Assembly: GCA_000004985.1 (NCBI GenBank)
Contig: GG738921.1
Source of the DNA: Naegleria gruberi
Lineage: Eukaryota
Length of the DNA: 64,000 nt
Reading direction: 5' to 3' (one strand)
The translations under genes were made by a program, and so were the position numbers. Positions 52,343-61,473 of the stretch are shown in pieces; the first letter of the stretch is position 1; every line of letters begins with the position of its first letter. The notes beneath the pieces were generated by a model. That model worked only from the letters and a program-made list of their open reading frames with translations, did not search any database and had not been told where the DNA came from.

Positions 52343-53881
52343 ATGTTTAATCCATTCTTTACACAACCTTCTGGTGGCGCCAATGTCAATCCATCCAATG
52401 TGAATGGTTCAAATCAATTCAATAATAGTGTTGCTGGTACGTATAACAGTTGTAGTAATAGCAGTGGGAGTACAATGCCAAACTTATTTTCAGACATGAT
52501 TAATGTGAACAGAAGAATGATGATGGGAGGATTTAGCATGCCAAGTGTGAATTTTGGTATGACAGTGATGGGTCAATCGAGCACTACTAATATGACAAAT
52601 AGTGGGATGCTTGGTGGAGGAATGATTATGCCATCAAGTAAAACACATGAAATGTGTGACTTGTCTGGAAAGTGGCAAGACAAATCTGGTATGGTTTGGC
52701 ACATTACTCAAAATGGAAATACGTTCCAAATGATTGAGGAAAGGAGTAATTTCACAGGAAAGGGTTCAGTTATTTCGAGCAATATTAATGGAACCGAATG
52801 GGTAATTCATGTGTCATTAACTGCCAGAACATTACAAGTTAATAATCGTTTACAAGCATTCGACAATAACATGCTGGTTGGTCAAAGGGATTTTTTCAAA
52901 TTAATTGAGAAATTTAACACTAATGTGAAACCATCCCCAAACAACGTGATAGATCCAAATTTGAGTTTGAAATTGGTTGGATCATCTTTTAAATCAAAGA
53001 GTGGCGAATGGCAAGTGGTAATGAAACTAAATGAAGGATTATACGCAATTAAGAATGGAAGTGGAATTATGAAGCATTTGTGTATCACCCCAGACAATAA
53101 TGGTCAATTAATGGTTTTCATTTCACAAGAAAACAAATCAGGTAAGGGAGAAGAGGCCCTCTTCTGTTTAACAGCCGATATCTCACACTTGTCTCTTTCC
53201 AATGGAGAAGTTTGGACCTTAGAGGCTCCTCCAACTATCAATTCCCATGTCTACTCATCAATTTATCAACAACCTCAAACTTATAGTCAACCAGGCTATC
53301 CAATGTATCAACAACCACCAACTCAACCAAATTACTACCCTCCAAACAATTCATATCCACAACCTCCAAATCTTTACCAACAACAACCTTTTAATCCTTA
53401 CCCACCACAATACGGGCATCACCATCAACCACAACCAAATTATTATCCTCCAAATAATTCATATGTTCCACCTCCGCAAACTGTCTCACCTCCACCAAAA
53501 ACTATTGGTTGGGTGGAAAGCATTTTGGCTTGTAAAGACGAGAGTTCGAATAGAATTCTTGAAAAAATTGATCAATATTCAAAGAGCCAATATGAAAAAT
53601 GTGAATCTCATCATCTGAAACAAATTTTAAAACTTTTAACTCATGGACCACACCAACGTGATGCAATCTCCTTATTAAGCAAAAATTTAGCAATTGGATA
53701 TTTAACTTGTAGTTCAGTAGCTACAGATATTGTTCCTTGCTTTGACTTTTTCTCTCATACTTTTGAATCAATCACTACTTTAGCTCCACAAATAACAGAC
53801 AGACGTCAAAATGCAGAAGTAATTTGTAAATGTTTCAATGATATTGATGCCAAGAAAGTGAGAGAACTGTTAATGAAATAA
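52343..53881 (+). CDS. N/Q/P/Y-rich protein of unknown function
   Basis: Single 512-aa ORF after an A9 run. It has an Asn/Met/Gly-rich N-terminus, a globular middle and a PQ/Y-rich tract (YPPNNSYPQPP repeated). The C-terminal helical region faintly resembles DUF4476; this is unverified. Confidence 0.55.
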   Translation: MFNPFFTQPSGGANVNPSNVNGSNQFNNSVAGTYNSCSNSSGSTMPNLFSDMINVNRRMMMGGFSMPSVNFGMTVMGQSSTTNMTNSGMLGGGMIMPSSKTHEMCDLSGKWQDKSGMVWHITQNGNTFQMIEERSNFTGKGSVISSNINGTEWVIHVSLTARTLQVNNRLQAFDNNMLVGQRDFFKLIEKFNTNVKPSPNNVIDPNLSLKLVGSSFKSKSGEWQVVMKLNEGLYAIKNGSGIMKHLCITPDNNGQLMVFISQENKSGKGEEALFCLTADISHLSLSNGEVWTLEAPPTINSHVYSSIYQQPQTYSQPGYPMYQQPPTQPNYYPPNNSYPQPPNLYQQQPFNPYPPQYGHHHQPQPNYYPPNNSYVPPPQTVSPPPKTIGWVESILACKDESSNRILEKIDQYSKSQYEKCESHHLKQILKLLTHGPHQRDAISLLSKNLAIGYLTCSSVATDIVPCFDFFSHTFESITTLAPQITDRRQNAEVICKCFNDIDAKKVRELLMK

Positions 53882-54055
53882 TACAACCACTTTCAAACTT
53901 TATCTCCTCATATATTATCTCACTATTATTTTGATTATTAATGATTCAAAAGAAGAAATGAATCAAATTGTTAAAGTTTGTTTATCTTGTGGATAAATAC
54001 TTTATTTATATACATCTCACTAATATTTGAATTCAAAATTGGAATCTCTTTGCAT

Positions 54056-54802
54056 TTATCTGAAGATGACACCACCACCGCCGCCACCACCGACAACAGC
54101 ACCACCAACTGGACCTGGACCACCAACTGGACCAACTGGACCACCTGGAATTGGACCTGGGCCACCAATTGGACCAATAGGACCACCAACTGGAGGAGGA
54201 ACACCACCAGCAAATCCAATGCCACCATCAATTCCACCAACACCCCAACCACCATAATAAGGAGCTCCATATCCAACACCAACACCATAACCACCGCCAT
54301 AACCACCTCCATAACCATAACCACCACCATAACCACCATAAATTGGAGGAGGAGGAGGAGGAGGAACACCATAACCATAACCACCGCCATATCCACCATA
54401 TCCACCATAAACTGGAGGAGCAACAACAACTGGAGGTGGAGGAGGAGGAAGATATTGTTGGAATGAGCTACCATAGTTTGAACCATAATTGCTTGGACCA
54501 GTGTAAGAGCTTCCATAAGAACTGTATGGATTTGAGTTGACACTATCTACTTGATTGAGATAGGATTGAGTATTTTGAGCATACTTGTTATAGTTGCCAC
54601 CTGAGGTTCCATAATTAGAACCAGCACCGCCATAAGAACCATAATTATTGGCATTGTTGAAGGAACCAGTAGATCCACCAAAACCACCATAGTATGGAGG
54701 AGGAACACCATAGGATTTTGTTTCAGTGTCTCCTCCTGCCAAGACAATCGCAAGGGAGCAGAGTGATAGCAATAAGCCAATAAGAATCTTTTCAGATATC
54801 AT
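54056..54802 (-). CDS. Secreted Gly/Tyr/Pro-rich structural-type protein
   Basis: The start MISEKILIGLLLSLCSLAIVLAGG is signal-peptide-like. It is followed by GGYGGYGGGYGYG, PPPPPPP and GGPIGPIGGPGP repeats. The other five ORFs reported across 53971-54780 are alternate-frame shadows of this biased sequence. Confidence 0.65.
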   Translation of the reverse strand: MISEKILIGLLLSLCSLAIVLAGGDTETKSYGVPPPYYGGFGGSTGSFNNANNYGSYGGAGSNYGTSGGNYNKYAQNTQSYLNQVDSVNSNPYSSYGSSYTGPSNYGSNYGSSFQQYLPPPPPPVVVAPPVYGGYGGYGGGYGYGVPPPPPPPIYGGYGGGYGYGGGYGGGYGVGVGYGAPYYGGWGVGGIDGGIGFAGGVPPPVGGPIGPIGGPGPIPGGPVGPVGGPGPVGGAVVGGGGGGGVIFR

Positions 54803-55077
54803 ATTTTGTTTTTTTGTTTTGATGAGTAATTAGGAAGGGAGAGAAGGGTGGAATTTATTGAATTTTTGGAGCTTGTCAACTTCATAACTAAATGTGCAAG
54901 TATCTAATAGAGGAAAATGAAATGATGGGAATGATGGACCTATAAAGTAAAATTGTGTATAAATGTTGAATTACTTAAATGGAAATGATCAGATTGTTTG
55001 GAAACAAAGTCTCATTTTGTAACAAAGCAGTTTTTAAATTCACTACAATTTAAGAAAATTTCATATCTGAATGTGAA

Positions 55078-55129
55078 GCGTCGATGGTTTAGTGGTAGAA
55101 TACGGCGGGTTCAATTCCCGGTCGACGCA
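55078..55129 (+). pseudogene. tRNA-Gly-like element lacking the entire anticodon arm (52 nt)
   Basis: GCGTCGA TG GTTTAGTGGTAGAAT AC GGC GGGTTCAATTCCCGG TCGACGC A. The acceptor stem is perfect, and the D-arm with A box and the T-arm with B box are present. About 20 nt (anticodon stem-loop) are missing between GAATAC and GGC. One mismatch closes the T stem, and a T4 run lies about 20 nt downstream. Confidence 0.7.
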
Positions 55130-55331
55130 GCAGAAAGCAATAATTTTGTTCAATTAAAGCTTTTAATGTGAATTGTTTTTACACTACAATCTAGACATAC
55201 CATACTACACGAATCTCAAATACCACATTTTCATTCTTTATATTAGAAAAGATATTAATCAAAGTTAAGACCTCATTTTTTTATTGTGTTTTGTTTTTTA
55301 AAAAATGCAAGTAATGAAAATTTAACAAACT

Positions 55332-56586
55332 TTAATTTTCCTTGTCAATCAAGGCTTGATTCACAGCCATTACCACTCTGTAACGAGCTTGATTCTTGAG
55401 AACCTTTTCAACGGCTTGAGTTACATTATCAAGAGTAGTTAATTCAATTTGTGGCTTAATATTGTGATCAGCAGCAAATTGCAACATTTCCTTCATCAAA
55501 TCGGGAGTGGCACTTGCTGAACCAACAATTGCACGATCTTTGAGGATGAGAGGAAAAGCTGATGCTTTATATATGCCAGAATCAGCTATTTAAATTGTTA
55601 TTTAATTAATTTAAATTAATAATTAATAATTAATAATAATATTAGGAAATTAAAAGTAATTAAAAGTAATTGGAATGCAAAACAAGTTAAATTACTTACG
55701 AAGTCCTAACATGACCATCTTTCCGAATGGTTTCAACATTTGGATAAACTTATCATTATCAATATCAGTGCTAACAGTATTGAGAATCATGTCAAATTTG
55801 CATGAAAGAGATTTTGCATCATTTTCTTCTGTGTGGACAAAGAATTCATCAGCTCCAAAGGATCTGCATTCCTTCTCCTTATTTGCATTTGTGGAAAGGG
55901 CTACAACATGGAATCCCATCTTTTTAGCAAATTGGAGAGCTAAATGACCTAATCCTCCCAATCCCAATACTGCTACTACAAATTCATTTCGTTTCGAATA
56001 AGGACTTTCACGATAGTAGTATAATGGTGAGTAAACTGTGGCTCCAGCACACAACAATGGACTGGCATCGACAGATTTCAACTTGTCTGGAATTGGAAAA
56101 ACAAATCTAGCATCCCAAACAACACCTGTTTGAAAACCTCCTCCAATTGGTGCCTTATCGAAAGGTAAGGTCTTGTCACACAAATTTTCGAAATGATTCT
56201 TACAAGTTGGACATTCGAAACATGAAGTGTAGTGCCATCCCATTCCAACACGATCTGATACCTTAATCTTTGTTTCCTTCTCGACTTGCTCACCAACATG
56301 ACGAACAATTCCAACAATTTCATGACCAGGAATGCAACCAACATTATGCAATGAGTGAATATCTGATTATTTAATAATATTTGATTTGGATAACTACTAT
56401 TACTATTGAAAAATACTAACCTGTATAACAAATACTACTGGCAATTACTTCGACAAAAACCTCCAAAGGACCCAAACTTTTCACTTGTTGCTTGATTGGG
56501 CGAAAGGAGAATTCCTTTCCTTCTTCCTTTTCTGCTACTGCATAACCAGAAACTTGGATTGGTGGATTGATTTCCTTGATAGACAT
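55332..56586 (-). CDS. Zinc-type alcohol dehydrogenase, cinnamyl/mannitol ADH-like (MDR; 360 aa, 3 exons)
   Basis: Exons are 56586-56421 / 56362-55700 / 55585-55332, with introns of 58 and 114 nt in phase. Motifs: CYTDIHSL, GHEIVG, the structural zinc site CFECPTCKNHFENLC, and the NAD(P) motif GLGGLGHLALQFAKKMG. Confidence 0.88.
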
Positions 56587-56983
56587 GGCGATAGATACTT
56601 TTCTTGTGGATTTCTTTTTTTAATTGTTGGATTTAAACTAATGCAGAAGAATTCTTGCTTTTAAATGTTACAAATTTGGAGATTGTACATTCTTGCGACT
56701 TTATACGTGCATTCATACATTCGCACGAGGATGTTATTTATTTAATATCCACCGTTGAAACTTGTTAAATTTCCATACGAAAGAAACACATTATCTGACA
56801 TGTCTTTGTTAAGATTCATCTCATTTATGAAAGTTAGAATGACCTGTGAAAGGAAGACGAGGAGAATGGATATTTTGTGTTGTAATAACACATTTACAGT
56901 TACAATCCAGAATTTAAGGTCCGCATTCGATATCCTTTAGGAGTCGATTAGATCAGCAGCGGTTATTTATCTTTTCAAATTGA

Positions 56984-58089
56984 CCACATCAACAATATCC
57001 TGATTTTATCATACTCTTTCCAGAGTGGATACAAGATTTCGTTATTCGATTCCCTTATGTTTTACCCAGTTTTTTCATTTTCTGCTTTTACATGGTTGCA
57101 TTCGTGTTGGGTTGTTTGAAATTAGAGGAGGCCAATAAGAATACCTGGTATTATAGAAGGTTTATTGCTAAAGAGACAGTTGATAATATTGATAAGGAAA
57201 CTTCCAAAACCAAATTAATATCACCAAATAATGAATTAGAAGAAGAGCAAGTTCAAGAGCCAATTATTGTTAAGGAATCCATGTTACAGAAATTCAAGAA
57301 TAAGTTTAACAATTTCAAAAGTCATGAAATGTTATCATCTCCAATTCCATTGCTGACATGTTTCCTCTACTTGATGTTGGGATCGAAACAAATCTTATTT
57401 GACGAATGTTTACCTCTCTTTTCAGTTACACCAAAAGAGTTGGGAGGATTAGGATTATCTTCATATCATCTTGGTTGTAAGTTTACAATTTTTGTAATTC
57501 TATAGAAATTAACTTTTACTTTCACATTTCAATAATTAACATGCAAATAGTAACTGGTGGATTTTTAGGATTTATCATATTTATGAATCAGGCATTCATC
57601 ACACCACGTGTTATTGCCAAATTCAGTCCATTGATTTGCTATAGGGTGAGTCTTGTTGTGGATATTGCATTCAATGTAATCTTTCCTGAAGTTATTTGGT
57701 TAATGGTTAGTGAACATGATCCAATTTGGAGACATGTATTGTTCTGGTTTGTTTTCGTATTCATTCTCCTATTAAGACAAGTTTCTAATGGGTACAGTTT
57801 CTTGGGAACTTTACTCATTACAAATAACAGTGTAACCCGAAAGAATTCTGGAAAATTGAATGGAACTTCTCAATCATTGGTTTCACTTTCGAGAATGATT
57901 AGTCCGATTGTTGGTGGGGCTATCTTTGCTAGCTCAACAGCTGTCTCTAAATTTCCAATTGACCATCGCACGGTGTTTTATGTTGTTGGTATAATAAGTG
58001 TAATTATGTTTTTCCTTTCATTGATTTTGAAAAAGTCAATCAATAAGCCAAAGGAAGAAGTTAAAGTGAATGAGGTAGCAAAAAAGTAA
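56984..58089 (+). CDS. MFS transporter, C-terminal half only (apparently a 5'-truncated gene or fragment)
   Basis: The frame is open from 56984 with a possible acceptor at 57021-57022. RFPYVLPSFFIFCFYMVAFVLGCLKLEE looks like MFS TM6, followed by the central loop and six more helices. A 74-nt intron (57477-57550) is in phase. Only about 400 nt of non-TM-coding DNA separate it from the divergent ADH gene. Confidence 0.55.
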
Positions 58090-58150
58090 AGTCTGTCAAT
58101 TTTGGAGAAACTCTTCTTTTAGCTAATTTCCAGAATGTTGTAATCGGTAG

Positions 58151-58178
58151 GGAATTTCGAATACATTATTCGAATTCC
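58151..58178. promoter_or_regulatory. Imperfect 28-nt palindrome built from an inverted TTTCGAATA pair
   Basis: GGAATTTCGAATAcatTATTCGAATTCC lies between the MFS stop (58089) and the next ATG (58192). Confidence 0.35.
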
Positions 58179-58191
58179 AACATTAAAAAAA

Positions 58192-59118
58192 ATGGTCAAT
58201 TCTCATTGTTATTCTTTTCGTTGCGAGAATGGAGAAGGTAAATTCATTGAATTGCAGTTATCATTCTCCGAACCTGAGCATCAAATCACTCTAGCTTGTA
58301 CCTACAATTATCATAAATATTTGTTTCGTGAAGAAACTTCATCCGTCATTCATTTCAAATATTACAAGACATGTTTGATGAATAATTCAATTAAATGCAA
58401 AGTTTCTGAGAATTGCATTACCCTGAATGTGAAGGAATGTTCTGATCTGGAAGAAACTGTAAAATTTATTCTTGAGAAACAAGAAAGAAACCCAGAAGAA
58501 AAATTGAATATCATGTTTGAAGTCATGATGCAAGATATTAGAGAATTGAAGGAAAAACTTTGGTTTACAGATAAGGATTTGAACAAATTCTCAGAAAAGT
58601 ATATTTCCAATTGGAATAGTTTAACAAATAACTATTCGAAAAACGTTGACAATCCTTCTATTAGAAAAAACCAAGATTCTAATTATGATGTAAAGAATTA
58701 TGCAGTTAATACTTCAGGTTTTAAGGCTAATGGATATACGAAAGGTTGTCGTGAAGAAAATTTGGAACCTATTGTCATTTACTTTAAACAAAAAGTGGAA
58801 TTCTCAAAGATTGAATTCATTGTGAATGCTCCAGGTAAGAAAGAAGACCCAATTGCAATTTATATCTATGGTGTGTTTAAACCTCAAGGATTTATTAGAA
58901 AAATGGAGGAATCAGGTTCAAGTTCTGGAACTTCTGAACCAAAAGAAGAATTCATCATCATGCCAAAATTGGAGCAACTTGTTAAGGAAGATTGTAAACA
59001 ATCAGATATTGTTTCGGTTAGTTTAAATCTCAGTAATTGCTACGATGGTATTGGAATTGCAGTTAGAAAGGATAAGACTGCCATCTCTTATAGCTTGACT
59101 GATGTCAGAATTTATTAA
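58192..59118 (+). CDS. Unknown protein (308 aa)
   Basis: Single ORF after an A-run, with a coiled segment in the middle. The C-terminal beta-rich region (IVIYFKQKVEFSKIEFIVNAPG ... IAIYIYGVF) may be a jelly-roll or discoidin-like fold; this is unverified. Confidence 0.5.
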   Translation: MVNSHCYSFRCENGEGKFIELQLSFSEPEHQITLACTYNYHKYLFREETSSVIHFKYYKTCLMNNSIKCKVSENCITLNVKECSDLEETVKFILEKQERNPEEKLNIMFEVMMQDIRELKEKLWFTDKDLNKFSEKYISNWNSLTNNYSKNVDNPSIRKNQDSNYDVKNYAVNTSGFKANGYTKGCREENLEPIVIYFKQKVEFSKIEFIVNAPGKKEDPIAIYIYGVFKPQGFIRKMEESGSSSGTSEPKEEFIIMPKLEQLVKEDCKQSDIVSVSLNLSNCYDGIGIAVRKDKTAISYSLTDVRIY

Positions 59119-59157
59119 ATATCCTTTCGAATAGATTTTATTAGCACCAAACTATTC

Positions 59158-59982
59158 TTACTTTTGCAAATTAGTGAATGATTTTCTAAATATTCTAATA
59201 AATTCGTTATGAACTTGTGCATCTCCCATTTCCATAACATATAAAACTGCATTACTTCCAGAAATATCCAAATTATTCTTCTCGACATACTCATTTGAGA
59301 ATTCGTATAATTGTTTGAAAATCTCAAGATATTGCTCTTCCATAACCGATCTATTAGCAATCTGAACAGCAATCTCCAACTCTTCCCTATTCAAATCATT
59401 ACAATACATTGGACCACCCATTTGTTGTTTCCATGAATCAGCCAAAGAACCAATATCAACCGCATCGAATCCTAAATCTTCAATTATATTCGAAACCAAT
59501 TGCTTACTTTTCAAACTATCACCAGAAACTGGAATTGCAACTCTGTTTGGAGCATTTTGAATGCCTCCTTTTGATTTTAAGCTGAAATCTGTAATATTGT
59601 TAAAGGCCTTAATCATTGGACGATTAAAGTAGTGAGAAATCCATTCGGTGTGGTTTAGTTTCCCATTTTGAATTTCCTCAATGGGGCCATCTCTAGATGG
59701 GTTATAATTACACGTATCGACAATTACGACATTTTCCAATGCGCTTTCGAATAATTGTCTATCCAATTGAAAAACTCCTTTCGTTGGAATGGTCAGAATG
59801 ATTAGTTGTGCATTTTTCACAACTTCTGCAACTGGGAGAGCAGTGGCGCCAGTTTCACTTTCGACTTGTTTCAAAGTTTCTGGACCTCTTGAGTTTGAAA
59901 TTCTAACAGAATGACCGAGTTGGGTGAAAGATTTCGCCAAGAAAGCACCAATTCTGCCAGCACCAATAATACCAATTTGCAT
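59158..59982 (-). CDS. NADP oxidoreductase, coenzyme F420-dependent-like family (NpdG / COG2085-type dinucleotide-binding enzyme)
   Basis: Intronless 274-aa ORF after an A-run. The N-terminal Rossmann fold is MQIGIIGAGRIGAFLAKSFTQLGHSVRISNSRG, with a colinear VAIPVSGDS ... LGFDAVDIGSL segment typical of this mostly prokaryotic family. Confidence 0.7.
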   Translation of the reverse strand: MQIGIIGAGRIGAFLAKSFTQLGHSVRISNSRGPETLKQVESETGATALPVAEVVKNAQLIILTIPTKGVFQLDRQLFESALENVVIVDTCNYNPSRDGPIEEIQNGKLNHTEWISHYFNRPMIKAFNNITDFSLKSKGGIQNAPNRVAIPVSGDSLKSKQLVSNIIEDLGFDAVDIGSLADSWKQQMGGPMYCNDLNREELEIAVQIANRSVMEEQYLEIFKQLYEFSNEYVEKNNLDISGSNAVLYVMEMGDAQVHNEFIRIFRKSFTNLQK

Positions 59983-60178
59983 TTTTTTTTTGACAGTTTA
60001 CTTGAGTGAATCTATTCGATCAGCATGAGATTTTTATTCGATTTAGAAGTAGATTATGGAGAGTAAAAGTGCTCACGCAATCAATTCGCAGTAGTAGCAG
60101 TAAGTAGTAAAAGTCAATAGAACGCACGCAATTACTTGCTTTAACAATAATAAAAACAAGTTGCTGAAATCAAAAGTA

Positions 60179-60265
60179 TCCGATGAGACGGAATCGAACC
60201 GCCGACCACAGGATGACAGTTTTTCTTGCTACAGTCCCATGCTCTACCAGCTGAGCTATCATCGG
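60179..60265 (-). tRNA. tRNA-Tyr(GUA): tRNA-Tyr (anticodon GUA) with a 14-nt intron
   Basis: The reverse complement reads CCGATGA TA GCTC AGCTGGTA GAGC A TGGGA CTGTAG [CAAGAAAAACTGTC] A TCCTG TGGTC GGCGG TTCGATT CCGTC TCATCGG A. The intron sits at the canonical 37/38 position, and a T5 terminator lies downstream. Confidence 0.92.
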
Positions 60266-60404
60266 TTGTATTTATTTATTAAAAATACCTTTTGTAAACT
60301 ATAAAAATATCTAAGGTATTAAGGTAGTTTGTTAAAGAGTGGCCGAGTTGTGTATTTGTGCAACCATGTATTGACGAACTTTATTAACGAACATTATAAA
60401 AAAA

Positions 60405-61375
60405 ATGCCACAACATGTCCATCATCACTCCCTCTCACCTTCAAGACCAGTCGTCGTTATTGATAATGGCTCGGGAATGATTAAGGTAGGATTTTCCTGT
60501 AGTGATTCTCCCAGAGCCATATTTCCAACAATAGTAGGGCATAAAAAAGAGTCATCAGATCAAAAGAAGGAAACAACCAACAATGATCTCAATAGTATCG
60601 GATCATCATTTGTTGGAGAGATGGCAATAGCTCATCGAGAATTATTGGACATAAAAAGTCCCATGGAAAATGGAATAATTTCAAATTTTGATGATATGGA
60701 AAAGATTTGTTATCATCTCTATCCGGAGTTCTTGTCACAGAACCAAGTTAGAATCCAAAGTTGGTGAGAGAAAAAACAACAGAAATATTTTTTGAAAAGT
60801 TTAAGGCCAATCAGTGATGGGACTTTGTTCGAGTGCCAGATCAGATGGTGTTGTTTTGGATGCTGGTTATACGAAATCATATGCTGTTCCAATTCTTGAA
60901 GGAATTGCATTGCCACATGCCATTCAGGTGATGNNNNNNNNNNNNNNNNNNNNNNNNNNNNNNNNNNNNNNNNNNNNNNNNNNTTCACAAAGAGGAGGTT
61001 TGAATTGTCAGATGGAAGCAAAGTGAATTTTGGAGAGGAATTAATGTCATGTCCAGAAGCTCTATTCAACCCACAGTTAATCAAAGAAGGAGAAGGAATT
61101 CACAAGATTCTCGTCAATTCCATTTTCAATTCAAATGCAGAAATCACAAGACAACTCTTTGCCAATATTGTCCTTGTCGGTGTCTCAACAATGTTTGAAG
61201 GTTTTCCCAATCATTGAATTGGCTCCTCTCTCTGTAAAAGTGAAAATCCTTTCATTCCCCGAAAGAAAACTCTTCCTGGTTTGGAGGTTCAATTACGAGC
61301 TCTCTTTCAGAATTCCACAATATGGCCATTCACAAAAAGGAATATGAAGAAGTTGGACCTAGAATTGTAATGTAG
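60405..61375 (+). pseudogene. Actin-related protein gene with an in-frame stop, at least 4 frame changes and an internal gap (probable pseudogene)
   Basis: Actin-colinear pieces lie in different frames: VVIDNGSGMIKVGF ... FPTIVG (from 60405); VLVTEPS*NPKLVREKTTEIFFEKF (TAG at 60749-60751); DGVVLDAGYTKSYAVPILEGIALPHAI; [gap]; FELSDGSKVNFGEELMSCPEALFNP ... LVGVSTMFEGF; [18 protein letters not shown]; [33 protein letters not shown]. Confidence 0.6.
60934..60983. other. Assembly gap (50 N)
   Basis: A run of N inside the actin-related locus. Confidence 1.
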
Positions 61376-61473
61376 AAATGTTTTTAATGCAAAATATGAG
61401 TGCAATGTATCAATATTTCCTGTTATCTATTTCAGACTTACCATTTTCGTTCAAGTTTTTACAAAATAAAAAA

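Noticed and set aside
53971-54780. Five additional ORFs overlapping the Gly/Tyr/Pro-rich gene in other frames and on the other strand
   Set aside because: The G/C-codon-biased repeat keeps all frames open. Only the minus-strand frame 54056-54802 starts with a signal peptide after an AT-rich leader. The others translate to implausible W/T/N or L/V/M strings.
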